A stretch of DNA of 64,000 bases from Octopus vulgaris (GCA_951406725.2 OX597827.1:17732001-17796000), one strand, 5' to 3'. Shown: positions 43,084 to 57,769, counted from the stretch's first letter. Made by a program: numbers and translations. Notes: generated from the sequence alone by a model not told the origin.

Positions 43084-44437
43084 ATATGTGTGAGTACTTA
43101 AACAAAATAGTTCAAAAACTGAATCTGTATGTAGATATTTGATAGTAAGGTAGAGTCAGATGTCACACGCGAGCGATTACAGTCATAATATTCATCATAC
43201 TTTCACTTATAGTTTTGTATGACTATTTTTGAGTAAGCATAAATACTCCCTCGGGCCTCCCTGACTTATTATCAAACGGAAGATCTTGAACGTGACAGCT
43301 TGAGAAGGAAAGGATAACACCAGCACCTGGCTTGAGCTCGTATACTTTTCAGTTACAAGAAAATACTTTGTTTCAGGGTACAACATTTAGATATAATACT
43401 GGTTTCAAATTTTGGCACAAGACTAGCAATTTCAGGAGAGCGAGTTAAGTCGATTAAATCAATCCCAGTGCGCAACTGGTACTTATTTAATCGACCCCCA
43501 AAGGATGAAAGGCAAATTCGACCTCGTCGGAATTTGAACTCAGAATATAAAGACGGACGAAATACCGCTAAGCATTTTGTCCAGCTTGCTAACGATGCTG
43601 CCAGCTCGCCGCCTTTCTTAGTACTATAATAATCCAAATTTTGGTACAATGCCAGTAAGTTTGAAGGAGGAGTGGGGTAAGTTGATTAGCTCGACACCAG
43701 TAATCAACTGACACGTATTTTATCGACCCCGAAAGGCAAAGTCGACATCGTCAGATTTGAACTCGGAACATAAAGACAGATGAAACGACATCAAGTATCT
43801 TACCTAGCGTGCCAACGATTTTTCAACTCGCCACTTAACTTAGTTCTAAAATATTACTTTCAATTTACTTATCACAGATGTAAAGGCATTTCTTATTATT
43901 GATTTGGTACGCTAATTGTTTTGTCAATATCATCTGGTCGACTGCTTATCAACTGTTATATTTACTCGTTTATATATATCAATTGAAGCTGCGTTGTACA
44001 TTTAACTTATCATCACATAATATTTATATCGCAAATTAAGATTTAAGATTTGAAAGTGCTACAGATTAAAATATATGGCTTCGGTGTCGCACATATTAAA
44101 ATATATAATTTGAGAATATTATTCATTAAAATATATTTATTAAAGAGAATCACAAATGAAGATTTATAACATAAAAAGACGGACTAAATCAATAAATATT
44201 ATTTATGCTTTCACCATAAAAACATAACTCTTTACTCTTTTACTTGTTTCAGTCATTTGACTGCGGCCATGCTGGAGCACCGCCTTTAGTCGAGCAAATC
44301 GACCCCGGGACTTATTCTTTGTAAGCCCAGTACTTATTCTATCGGTCTCTTTTGCCGAACCGCTAAGTGACGGGGACGTAAACACACACCAGCATCGGTT
44401 GTCAAGCAATGCTAGGGGGACAAACACAGACACACAA

Positions 44438-44494
<57 letters not shown>

Positions 44495-44951
44495 TACAAC
44501 AGGCTTCTTTCAGTTTCCGTCTACCAAATCCACTCACAAGGCATTGGTCGGCCCGGGGCTATAGCAGAAGACACTTGCCCAAGATGCCACACAGAGGGAT
44601 TGAACCCAGAACCATGTGGTTGGTTAGCAAGCTACTTACCACACAGCCACTCCTGCGCCTATAAGATAGTTGAAAATTATTAATCTTTAGCCAAACCCAG
44701 TTTTGCATATTTTTGATGTTTAGAAAGTAAAATACGATTTGTACCAATCGTAGGTTATCATATTCCCAGTTACGTTGCTTTTCTACCAATGGCATATTAT
44801 ATTGTAAGGAATCGCATATTACACTTTCACCTAAAAATCATAGATTTTCTACCAATTGCACCAGTTAAGTTTTAATATCTAATCCCATAATCTCTAATCC
44901 TTTTCAGTTAACCGCTTTACTTATTTCTACAAATCGTAAATTACATTTCTG

Positions 44952-45346
44952 GGATCTTTTCTGTTTGAACGGCAGTTTTAGGTAACTAAAAAATTTTAAA
45001 CTTCGTATACTGGTAGAATGTGTTTATAAAACATCTTTTTCTCTTGGCTTTATTGAGAAGATTCTATAGTTTGTAAGATATTTTCTTTCTTCAATTTCTG
45101 CAATTTCAACCAATCAATGACGTCCATTTAGGTAAAAAAAAAAGCATTCTGTGCCGCATGAATATTCCCTCGTTTAAGAAACAGATTGGGTTTATTTACA
45201 TTTGTGAAGAAAAAAAGATACCCTTCCCTCCAACCCTAACCCTGAAACAGATTGAAATGCAATAGATCGATTCTAGGGTCATAATTATGGGTGACAATTT
45301 CATATGACACTGCTATAAAAAGCTGCCGTTCAAACCGAAAAGATCC
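44952..45346. mobile_element. GG-ended MITE with 8-bp TSD CATTTCTG
   Basis: TIRs GGATCTTTTC and GAAAAGATCC; TSD at 44944-44951 and 45347-45354. Confidence 0.93.
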
Positions 45347-45507
45347 CATTTCTGTCAGCTTCACAACTAATCACACAATACAATTCCACTTAAAAATCAT
45401 AATTTCTTTTTACTAATTGTACTTAATCTTTAATTTCTATCAATTAACCTCTAATTTTTGCCAATTAAGCAATTAACATATTTCTCGACATCGTATGTTG
45501 TATTTCT

Positions 45508-46101
45508 TATTTCTTTACTAGCCAGAAGGGGCTAAACACAGAGGGGACAAACAAGGAGAGCCAAACGGATTAAGTCGATTATACCGACACAATGCGTAAC
45601 TGGTAATTATTTAATCGACCCCAAAAGGATGAAAGGCAAATTCGACCTCGGCGGAATTTGGACTCAGAACGTAAAGACAGACGAAATACCTATTTCTTTA
45701 CTACCCACAAGGGGCTACACACAGAGAGGACAAACAAAGACAGACAAACGGATTAAGTCGATTATACTGATCGCAGTGCGTAACTGGTACTTATTTAATC
45801 GACCCCGAAAGAATGAAAGGCAAAGTCGACATCGGCGGAATTTGAACTCAGAACGTAGCGGCAGACGAAATACCTATTTCTTTACTACCCACAAGGGGCT
45901 AAACACAGAGGGGACAAACAAGGAGAGACAAACGGATTAAGTCGGTTATATCGACCCCAGTGCGTAACTGGTACTTATTTAATCGACCCCGAAAGGATGA
46001 AAGGTAAAGTCGAGCTCGGCAGAATTTGAACTCAGAACGTAGCGGCAGACGAGATACCACTAAGCATTTCGCCCCGCATGCTATCGTTTCTGCCAGCTCA
46101 C
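45508..46101 (-). mobile_element. Tandem trimer of SINE family B with a 16-bp TSD
   Basis: 184-bp period (junctions at 45690 and 45874); TSD CGTATGTTGTATTTCT at 45492 and 46102. Confidence 0.92.
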
Positions 46102-47055
46102 CGTATGTTGTATTTCTACTGTCACACACTGCGCTTAAAGGAATTGAAACATTACAATTCTAACTAACAATCATGCAATTTCTACCAATTGTACATTGCA
46201 TTTCTACCAGCTAGTCTTTAGTTATATAGCAACCAAGTATTATACTCTCTTCAAAAAGCACACTGGAAGTATACCAGTTGCCCTATTTTACTTGCTTCAG
46301 CCATTTGACTGTGGCCATGCTGGAGCACCGCCTTTAGTCGAGCAAATCGACCCCAGGACTTATTCTTTGTAAGCCTAGGACTTATTCTATCGGTGTTTTT
46401 TGTCGAACCGCTAAGTTACGGGGACATAAACACACCACCATTGGTTGTCAAGCGATGTTGTGGGACAATCACAGACACACAAACATATAAACACACACAC
46501 ACACACATACATACATATATATATATGTATATATACATATATACATACATACGACGAGCTTCTTTCAGTTACCGTCTACCAAATCCACTCACAAGGCTTT
46601 GGTCGGCCCGAGGCTATAGTAGAAGACACTTGCCCAAGGTGCCACGCAGTGGGACTGAACCCGGAACCATGTAGTTGGTAAGCAAGCTACTTACCACACA
46701 GCCACTCCTGCACAGTGACTTTTGTTTAAAAAAAAATGCACACTTATATTTCTACCAAAATTCTATTAAATTTTCAGTCAGCTGTATTTTACATATCTAC
46801 CAAACTCAAATAAAATTACCGCAAATCACACATTATATTTATAACTTTTGCATGTTTGATTTCTTTTTCTACAAATTCTTTTCTACCACCTGTATAGCTT
46901 CTACCCACAGTATATGCCATTTCTACCAAATATTTTTTACTAGCAGTATAACACGGCTTTGCCCGGGATTAAGTTAGGATTATTAAGCTAATAAAGTTCT
47001 TTATTTCGAACCAAACTAACATCAACGTCAAATTTGGGCGAAATCCGTTGAAATT

Positions 47056-47123
<68 letters not shown>

Positions 47124-47326
47124 GAAATAGAAAGATGAATTATCGTGTTGCAGATTAATCAACAGTTTAACCGATACCTTGGTAGCAAAAATCACAGCAG
47201 AAGACAGCACGGTTGGAGGTACAACCATATGGTGTTGCAACCGTGCGTTGGTGCGGATAATTGAATTTTAATATTATTAGTGAATTGAAGAAATGGAGTT
47301 GAACGAAGATTGAACAGAAATCGTTT

Positions 47327-47419
47327 TATTGCATTCTACACGTGTTTCGAAAGGCACAATTTACAAAATTCCGATTGAATAAGGAGACCATATTGTGTCT
47401 TTCTCTTCAGGAAGAAATA
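47327..47419 (-). ncRNA. Type I hammerhead ribozyme, intact core
   Basis: TTC-CTGAAGA-GAAAAG..CACAAT/ATTGTG..CTTTC-GAAAC-ACGT-GTA-GAA; palindrome ACACGTGT. Confidence 0.83.
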
Positions 47420-47503
47420 GGAAATCCGTTGGAAAAAACAAAAACAGAACAGATTTGTTTTGCTCCGCCTCTGTTCTGTTTTTGTTTTTTCCAACGGATT
47501 TCC

Positions 47504-47596
47504 TATTTCTTCCTGAAGAGAAAGACACAATATGGTCTCCTTATTCAATCGGAATTTGGTAAATTGTGCCTTTTGAAACACGTGTAGAATGCAATA
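47504..47596 (+). ncRNA. Type I hammerhead ribozyme, intact core (mirror copy)
   Basis: CTGAAGA at 47513-47519, GAAAC at 47575-47579, GTA at 47584-47586; G10.1-U11.1. Confidence 0.8.
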
Positions 47597-47642
47597 AAAC
47601 GATTTCTGTTCAATCTTCGTTCAACTCCATTTCTTCAATTCA

Positions 47643-47685
<43 letters not shown>

Positions 47686-49306
47686 GCAACACACACACAC
47701 GTACGTACGTACACCTATTCCATACATGTTTTTTGTTCGCATACATGTTCGTGTGTGTGTGTGTGTATGTGTGTGTGTGTGTGATGCACGTATATCAACA
47801 AGACACTTTTCACCTCGATGGAAAAAAAACAACAAAAGTCTTAATAAAAACTTACTCGTCGCTAGAAAGGGACTTAACTCCTCTTTTCAAACTATGGTGA
47901 TTTCTCACACTTGAAAATTGTTAAAAGTTTTGGTTGAGAATTTAATTTTACTGCTATTCGCTGGTGCCTCTGGTAAAAAATAAGTTGACGAAAATACAGC
48001 TACTATCATGACGAATGTCCTCCTAAAATTGGAGCGACATGCGTGATAATTTGTGGACGTGCATAAATTACATTCACGTACACACACACACACATCCTGC
48101 CTTTTATATATACAGAGATATGCCTAACAATCAGAGATGACACATTACACATTACATAGTATATTTTCTATCTCTTTTATCTTTTACTTGTTTCGGCCAT
48201 TAGACTCCGGCTCTTCTGGGATACTGCCTGAAAGTATTTTAGTCGAATGAATCGGCTTCAATACTTATTTTATTTCTTAAAGCCTGGCACTTATTTTATC
48301 GGTCACTTATACCGAAGCGCTAAGTTACCGGTTGTCAAGCGGTAGTGTCGGACAAACACAGACACAAGCACAAACACTTATTACATATACATATATACAT
48401 AGATATACATACACATACATACACACACCCATACATACATACACACACACACACAATTACACATACACATACACATATACACATACACACATACACACAT
48501 ACACAAATACATACACACACACATACATACACATTATATAATTATATACTATTTATTATTTTGTACTTTACTTAATTATAGGTATATGTTTTATCGTATA
48601 TATAATTTTTTTCTATATATTATGCTTTAATTATATCATTGTTGAATTGCTACATGGTGGGTCTTCTCTAATTTATATATATATATATACATATATATTT
48701 CTTTACTGCCCACAAGGGGCTAAACATAGAGGGGACAAACAAGGACAGACAAAGGGATTAAGTCGATTACATCGATCCCAGTGCGGAACTGGTACTTTAT
48801 TTATCGACCCCGAAAGGATGAAAGGTAATACATATATAGGAGGTCTTCTTTCAGCTTCCATCTACCGAATCCAAGCACAAGGCTTCTGTCGATCCGCGGC
48901 TAAGGAGAAGACAACTCCCCAAGGTGCCACAACCCGGAACAAAGTGGTCAGGAACCATGCCTTCGCCTATATGCATATGATGACTATAATGCCAACCTCT
49001 CTCATATAATATCTAACCCAATGATATATAGGTCAATTTTCCACTAGTGGTTATAATTTCATTTATAGATCATATGTTATGCTATCCATCAGTCGTACAG
49101 TGTGTTTCTACTAAACGCAATAATGTTCTTGACATTTTTACCAATTCTATACATTCTGTACCATTTAACGAATGGTATATATTTTTTATAAATCGAATAA
49201 CTCTTTCTTGTATTTTGTTTCAGTTGTACGTAGTTACACATATATTTATAAAAAGAAGCCATTACATTCTTACCATTATATATATATGTACTTATATTTG
49301 CGTAAA

Positions 49307-49383
<77 letters not shown>

Positions 49384-49901
49384 TTGTATGCATCTATATA
49401 CATGCATATATCCATGTACACATACACATACTCACACACAACACGTACACACACACAAAGACTCATATACATAGTGAGACAAACATTGATACATAAACAC
49501 AAACACAAAAACACAAATATAAATATTAGATTTTTTGATTGCATGACAATAATATTATTGATCAGAACGATCTCTGCTACGAACTTCGATTTCACTGCAA
49601 ATACTCGTTACATTGATTCAACGAATTCTTGCCGAGTAACACATACGCGCACAAACGGACTCTCCCACACACAACGAATCCATACGTACATACACAAACA
49701 TATAAAAGCATACAAATACAAAAGCAAAAACAAAAAAACTAGGTGGAAGTTTTGTGTGATGTGCAACTATGTATGGTTTACCTGTTCACGTCATCGACCA
49801 ATCAAGACATAAAGAGGAAGAAAAAAAAACTATACTCAACTAATAAAACTTACCTGCGCAAGCTTTATATGTCGCGTTTGCTTTCGTTTGCTCCGCGGTC
49901 G

Positions 49902-49962
<61 letters not shown>

Positions 49963-49984
49963 GGTGGGTGTGTATGTGTGTGTG

Positions 49985-50475
49985 TGTGATGTATATATAC
50001 ATACACACACATATTTGTAACATATATGTATATGCATGTATATATTCATGTGTGCATGTCTACGTATGTATGCGTTTGTGTGTGTGATGTATACATATAT
50101 ACACACACGAATTTGTAACATATATGTATATACATGTATATATTCATGTGTGCATGTCTACGTATGTATACGTTTGTGTGAGCGACGTATACATACATAC
50201 ACACACATATTTGTAACATATATGTATATGCATGTATATATTCATGTGTGCATGTCTACGTATGTATGTGTGTGTGTGTGATGTATACATACATACATAC
50301 ACATATTTGTAATATATATGTATATGCATATATACATTCATGTGATGTGTGCTTGACTACGTATGTATATGTGTCTGTGTGAGCGTGTGTGTGTGTGATG
50401 TATACATACATACACACACATATTTGTAAAATATATGTATATGCATGTATATATTCATCTCTACATGTCTACGTA
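49985..50475. repeat. ~100-bp degenerate tandem repeat, about 5 units
   Basis: ATTTGTAACATATATGTATATGCATGTATATATTCATGTGTGCATGTCTACGTA recurs. Confidence 0.85.
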
Positions 50476-50781
50476 TATATATATATGTGTGTGTGTGTTT
50501 GTATGTGTGTGTGTGTGTGTGTGTGTGTTTGTATATATGCTGAAATGTGTATGAGTGCGTATGAGTACGCATACATGTTTATGGATGTTTATGTCTGTAT
50601 GAATAAAAGAAAGCGGGAAGGCGAGAGACAAAGAAAAATGGATGGATAGTTGGATAGGTGGATAGATGGATGTGTGTGTGTGTGGGTGTGTTAAGTGCAC
50701 ATGTGAGTCAATTTACAAATTTATATAATTATATATATATATACGTGCTTGTGTGTGTGTATATGTGTGCATTAGTGTATG

Positions 50782-50827
<46 letters not shown>

Positions 50828-51349
50828 CATACATACAAACATACATACATACATATATACATACATGCATGCATACATAATACATACATAATACATACAT
50901 ACACACATTCATTCAAACTAGCGTTTCTATTTGTATTCTTTTTTTTTTCTTTTCTTTTGATTTTTCTTATTGTCATTTGCCTTCCTTTTGTTTGTATATG
51001 TATTAATTTCCGAATTCGAAATAAAATATGTTTTCTCCAGAAAAAATATAAGCACGAAAAAAAAAATCAAGATCAAACATCTATATCAGGCAATTCTTAA
51101 TCGATCGGTATTCATACACATATACGCATAGACACACACAGACATATGTATATATGTATGTGTGTATGTTTGTATGTATGTATGTATGTATGTATGTATG
51201 TATGTATGTATGTATGTATGTATGTATGTATGTATGTATGTGTGCATATGTGTTCAGTGTAGACATTTTTGTTCTCTTTCTCTTAACGGAATTGCCTAAC
51301 GATTTTCTTTAGCTATTTCGACTAGCCAGTTCAAATGATATACTATACT

Positions 51350-51931
51350 ACTGAACATTTTGCCAAAGCGAGTCTTTTAACTCAGCCAGTTCTGATCGCT
51401 AATTGAAGTTGATTTATTTTACGTACGTTGTTGATATGACTGGAAAAGCTTCATGTTAACACCGTCTCGTTTATCACATGGTACAGGGTCTTTTGGCTGA
51501 TTAACAATGCCTCCTTTTGCACCCAACATCGCCGGAAACTATATTTTATAACCATTGTTCAATCTTGGGAGAAAATAATTTGTGATGTTTCCACTCAGAA
51601 CAAAAGAAATCTAGGCATCTTTATATAAACTTCTTTCATTGTTCTATTAATTTTTGAGTTTGTAGGGTCTGACGAGAAAACACAGAAAATATATCTTCAC
51701 CCAGAAATGTGTTTTATTATGATGTCATGGGAATATTTCTCGAAATTTTTCATCGCTTCACAGTAGCTGGAACAAACAAACAGCGGACAATTTTGTGAAG
51801 GCGCAAAACAGTGAACTGAAATAAAATGCAAACTATTGTGAATTACCGTACAACTGAAACAGTTACGAAGTATCTGCATAGAAGTTGGGATTCATAAAAG
51901 CTCTCGGCGGGCCGTAGTTTGCCCACCCCTG
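51350..51931 (-). mobile_element. hAT (Charlie-like) transposon left end with a possible degraded transposase start
   Basis: Minus strand begins CAGGGGTGGGCAAACTACGGCCCGC, typical of hAT-Charlie ends; weak CLISQKTL..ELAELK remnants. The inner boundary is uncertain. Confidence 0.55.
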
Positions 51932-52676
51932 ATATAAAGGAACCTTCTGCTTTCCATTCAGCTTATTGCAAACCGGAGACAGCTTCATCCCTGATAGATC
52001 CTCGAAGAGAAAGTACTAGGTATATCGGCCTAATTTCACTCAAATAACAATGTTGTCCTAGAAAACATTATGCAGTCTATGCTGCACTGGACCCCGCTGG
52101 GATGGATTTAATCATATATCAGTCCAATCCGGACTGATCTGCGGACTAAGCGAGACCAGAAATATATACTTTTCTTCTTTTATTAGTTTTAGTATTCTTA
52201 AAGGTATTCAAAACATACGTAACAATCTAGAATATAGCAGAAGAATAAAATCGAGCAAAATTGTGAAAAAATAATAATAATAATACAAACATAATACGAA
52301 ACCTTCGAACAGTGAAATATATTTAATGCTGCTAGAAAAAAAAAACGTAAATTTAACGTTTCGGAAAGAACTCTTCGTCAGAATGAAATGAATTGCTCTA
52401 ATGTCGAAATATAAATAAACTGAGATTAGGGAAAGCGAGTGGGGAATGAAACATTGTCATAACAGTGATAATATGGAAGGGAAGTTAAGAAGGAGACGTG
52501 AGGGGTAAAGGAGAGGGATGAATAGGTAAAACGTTGTATTGGTATGGTTGATCATTAGAGCTTTGAGGAAATAGAAAATAACACTGTTTTGAAAATTGTT
52601 GGAACTACAATCAAAGCACACATACATGCACACAAACACACACATACATGCGAGCGCCTCTCTCTCTCTCTCCCCT

Positions 52677-52706
<30 letters not shown>

Positions 52707-52709
<3 letters not shown>

Positions 52710-53083
52710 ATATAAACGGCAGTTTGTCTGTGCGTTTTCTGTGTGTCTGTTTTCTCGTACCCTCACCCTGACCACGGCTTTCAACCGATTCTGATGAAAC
52801 TTGACACACACATAGCCCAATGTCATAATTCAAAACTAACGCAGCGAAAATTTTGAAAAGTTCCCCCAGTTCTGAAAAAATCGATAAATTCGACATGGGG
52901 TCGAGAATCAGGAACCCAAACCACAGACCGTCTAGGGGACGCAACTCCACCATTTTTAACTCTCAAAAAAATTTACCATAATTTTTTTTTCCATTTTTTT
53001 GCTATTTTTTGGCTATAACTCTCTAAAAATGCTTTATAGTTATTTCCCTTACAAACCCGAGCAACGCCGGGCGATACTGCTAG
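52707..53083 (+). mobile_element. Short non-autonomous Helitron
   Basis: A|TCTATATAAACGGCAG...CCCGAGCAACGCCGGG..CTGCTAG|T. Confidence 0.9.
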
Positions 53084-53177
53084 TATATATATATGGAGAG
53101 AGATAAAATGATAGACAGACAGACAGACAGACGGACGGACAGACGGATGGATGGACGGACAGATAGATAGATGGATG

Positions 53178-53274
<97 letters not shown>

Positions 53275-53553
53275 ACATACAAACAAGCCTACATAAATGT
53301 ATCTATACATATAAAACACGCATACATTGAAGGGCACGTGTTGGTGTGTAAGTGATAGAATTCGAGTGTTCGCGCGCAATCACTTGTGTGAGTGAGTGTG
53401 TATTCGTAAAATTGTGGTAGTCACATAAGTGTTTCTACAAAAAGTTTCTTTCAATATTTATTAGAACTTTAATAAATATATACTTTACTAAAAAGGTGAG
53501 TGATCCTCCAGTTAAATGCTAAATTGATTTTATATAAAACTTGACATGCGAAC

Positions 53554-53641
<88 letters not shown>

Positions 53642-53703
53642 GTAGGTAGGTAGGTCGGTAGGTATGTAGGTAGGTATTTAGGTAGGTAGGTAGGTAGGTA
53701 GAT

Positions 53704-53764
<61 letters not shown>

Positions 53765-54098
53765 AGGGTAAGTAGATAGATAGATAGATAGATAGATGCA
53801 TACAAATATACATGGGTATGTGTGTGTGTACATACAAGCGCTCACATATATATAAGCAAGTGAACGTGTGTTAGTGTTTCTGTGTGCGTGTATGAGTGTG
53901 TGTGTGTGTGTGTGTGTATAAGCGTGTGTGTGTATCTGTGTGCGTGTATGCGTGTGCATTGCAGCATCGATGCAAGACGTATTTGCTGCTAAAACCTTTT
54001 CTTCCAATATTCTTCCAGTATTCTTCAAATACTTCTGATGAAAACCTTTCCATTTGCTTTAGTTATAAACTTCACTATAACACACAATATATAATTCA

Positions 54099-54151
<53 letters not shown>

Positions 54152-54516
54152 AATACCTATTTTTATTTTTCTCCATTATTTTTTTACTCCCCAATTATTT
54201 TTCTAACGGTTTTCAAGCCATAAATTTCAGGCACGTGTTTTAATACTGATTTTGACTCAATTTCATTTCGACGTTTCAAATCAATCATTCTGTAACATTT
54301 ATAAGGTTTTTTGGAAAACCGTAACTCATAAGACTCACAAGAAGTAAGAGATAAGGCATTTCATAATATCATTGATTTTCATGCTTATATTCCCTTAGTC
54401 AATGTTTTTTTCTCTCTCCTCTATTTCAATCGTAACTTTCTCCTTCTGTTTTCTTCACCGTATCTTACGTACGTTCCGTATGACTTCTCTGTCTTTCTCA
54501 CTCTCTCACCACATTT

Positions 54517-54547
<31 letters not shown>

Positions 54548-57094
54548 AGATAGATAATGAGAAAGAGTGGGGGGGGGAGAAAATGAGATATTTGGTATAT
54601 TTTGTATATTCTATAATTCAAAGTTTAGAAATGTATATTCGTAAATTCTGAATTAATATCTACATTAAGAGATGTCACGTTGCATTACAAAACTTTCGTT
54701 AACAACAACAACAGCTATGATAATAATAATGTCTTTTACTTTAATCACAAGGTCTGAAATGTTTGTTTTTTTTTTTTTTGATGGGAGGTGCAGATCGATT
54801 ATATAAACCCCAATGCTTAACTGGTACTTATTTCATTGATACCAAGACGACGAAATGCAAATTCTACCTTGGTGGAATTTGAACTCAACGTAAAGACGGA
54901 CGAAATGCGGTTAGGCATTTTCTCCACCATGCTACCGATTCTGCCGCTTTAGCGCCTTTATAATAATAATAATAATGAGGAGGAGGAGGAGGAGGAGAAG
55001 AAGAAGAAGAAGAAGAAGAAGAAGAAGAAGAAGAAGAAGAAGAAGAAGAAGAAGAAGAAGAAGAAGAAGAAGAAGATATTTCTGATGGTACTCTATTTTA
55101 TCGACGCCGGCCAGATGAAACTCTCAGTTCACTTCGTCGAAATTTGAGCTCAGAAGTAAAAGGTCGTAACTAAATACCTCAAGGCATTTTGTCCGATTCT
55201 GCCGGCTCAAATAATTTCTTAATGATCATTTCTTTATTAGCTGATGCGGGCAATTACATATATATCCTTCATGCCTACAAGAACGAGCAACATTCAAATG
55301 AGATTTGAAACGCCGTGAGTTTTTTTCTTCTTCACAAATAAACTATACATAAACAATAATTTGAACAATAGGAATTATGCAATTTGGAAATTTGTGAGAA
55401 AAGCAAAAACAGAATATATAAGTAATTATATGAAATAATTAAAAGATAATAATAAAATATATACTGAGTAAAAACAAGATTCAATTTAAAAGAAACGAAT
55501 AAACCACTTATACATTAGTGAGTTGCCTCCACCTGTATTGACCAGGCTATCTTTCAATCATAATTACAGGTGTTCTTGTAATAAGCTCCAGATAGTATTC
55601 AGTGTAGGAAAGCTCAGAATCCTCTGTGCAGAATTCTATTCTCAGAATGGATAATTAAAACACTACATCTTGTGGTTAGTTGACATACAAAAAGCTCATT
55701 AAAATTACGAGGGCTCTTTATCATTAACCGATCTCTTTTTACGACTTCTCTTCTCTGATTCGATCCGTATCCTCAGCGGGAAACTCTTGACGCATTTGAC
55801 GTGCGCCACTGATCAATTGTTTTGCTGTTTTTTCGAAAAGCTGTAAATTTCGAACTTCAAAGCCAAATAGGGAGACGGTCTTCTCATGGGAGATGAGAAT
55901 GCTCTTTAAAGGAGATAAAAATTTTCCTCATCGGAGAGGGGCTCGTTCTTTCATTGTTAATTGCCTTTTTAATGTGTTTTCAATCTTTTCATTATTGTTT
56001 GATTTGTTTACAATTTTTTTTTCGATCTCTTTCGGCCTTCCCATGGTTCCCATCCTCACAAGTGGATGAAACAATAGTGTTGTGATAACTTCTCGTTGTT
56101 GTTTTATCGTTGTTGTGAATCACTCACTCTTTCCATATTCTTTTCATTGTTACTACACCCCAAGTACTGGTAGGAACATAAATCTACCAATGTACTAGAA
56201 AATAGAGACATTACCGTTATTTGGAACTTTATCATTCAAACTGACCGAACTGTTCAGGTCAATAGCCATGTATTGTCTTAAAAGATTACATTGACAATAC
56301 AAGTGTGCTTCAGAGATATATCAATCCCACAAAACTGTAAAACCTCTGCGAAAACATTTGAAGTGAATAAAATAACCTTGAAATAAAGGTCCCAAATATG
56401 CAGCACCTAAGAGTGACAACTATATCTTTGATGATCGGATTGTGGGGAATAATATCAAACGGCGCTTATGAATATTATAATCAAATACCAGGAAATTCAA
56501 CAGTATGAGTACTACATAAAATTCTTGTCATGAGTGAGGCCACATCCTAAAAAAAAATCACTGTCAAATTCAAAATATTTTAGTCCTTTGAAATCGCTAA
56601 TATTACAAGAGACTTTTAACGCAATCTTAACTCTCAGTGTTTCTCCTTTCTCTGAAATATGTATCATTGCTATTCATAAAGGATACTCAACCAGTTGAGC
56701 ATGTCCCTTAGGGGCTGACGATATGTGCATCTCTGATCAAGAGCAGAAGTAGTGGAGGAGCATCGTAGCCATGTGTTGAGAGGGATTCCTTGGGGTTTGA
56801 ATAATTCACCTCTGGAAACATGGGTGTTTCGTTCAACATCCTTAAACAACCCTTATTCAGGGACCTTTTGAGCGGAATGGGTTACTCGAATAGAAGAAAA
56901 TTCTAACTGGGCCCCCCACCTGCAAGGTCATGCGCTGTTTATCTTGATATGCGATCACCATGTCGCGCGCATATGGTTGTGATGCAGTGCCTGGTGTACC
57001 CTTATCAGACGGGTAGTCATGATGGGTATACTGGGCTTCGTATATTTTACCCCAGTGTCACTTTGATTGGCATGCACTGCTCTCTCACTCACTC

Positions 57095-57133
<39 letters not shown>

Positions 57134-57769
57134 GGTACAGGCGTGGCTGTGTGGTTAGAAGTTTGCTTCCTAGCCTCATGGTTCAGTTCCCCTTTGGCAA
57201 GTACAATCTACTATAACCTCGAGCAGACCAAAGCCTTGTGAGTGGATTTCGCTGACTGCTTCCTCCGAAGGGACCAGTTTCACCGCGTGTCCCCCTCCCT
57301 GCACAAACCGCTCGCTTCCCACCTTCTGGTCCATATTAACTTTGACCCACCTCGCCTCCAACGCCGCAGCTACTCCCACTGCAGCGACCCCTGCATGGCC
57401 TTCCGTAACGAAAAGCCAATTTTCTCACACCCCCTCCACAATGGGAGAGAAAAACAGCAAAAAAACAACAACATCAAAAAGAAAACAATTATGCACGAGT
57501 CGCTTCAACAACAACTTTTTAACAGCAACAAAAGCAATTTCGAGTACGAACAGTCTCAAAGGGAAAGCCTTCAACAATCAAACCGCGGTCAAAAATGACG
57601 AGACTCAAACAAACGAGTCGCTACTCTGCGTCACCAATGTCCTCTCAATGATTAGCCAGAGAGGATTTTTAAAATCAGAATATCTGAAATAAACTCGACT
57701 GCTCTCGCAAACGAGAATACGAAAACTGAACCCGACAGCTCTGAAGAAAAAAAAAACAGAGAAAATAAT

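Larger units (their letters stand above)
47121..47644. mobile_element. Fold-back element with 175-bp arms (47279-47453 and 47470-47644), one hammerhead per arm, bounded by (TA)n
   Basis: Near-perfect palindrome with a 16-nt loop. Confidence 0.9.
46940..48118 (-). mobile_element. Non-autonomous Helitron hosting (TA)n and a fold-back hammerhead element
   Basis: Minus-strand 5' TCTCTGTATATATAAAAGGCAG; 3' CCCGGGCAAAGCCGTG..CTGCTAG|T. Confidence 0.72.

Noticed and set aside
52788-52805. CTGATGAAAC in the Helitron 5' region (also at about 9982, minus strand)
   Set aside because: No room for stem II; a chance overlap of the two core words.
55200-57760. Repeat-poor stretch as possible host exons or promoter
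   Set aside because: No recognisable protein similarity or clear splice pattern by eye; needs RNA-seq or BLAST.
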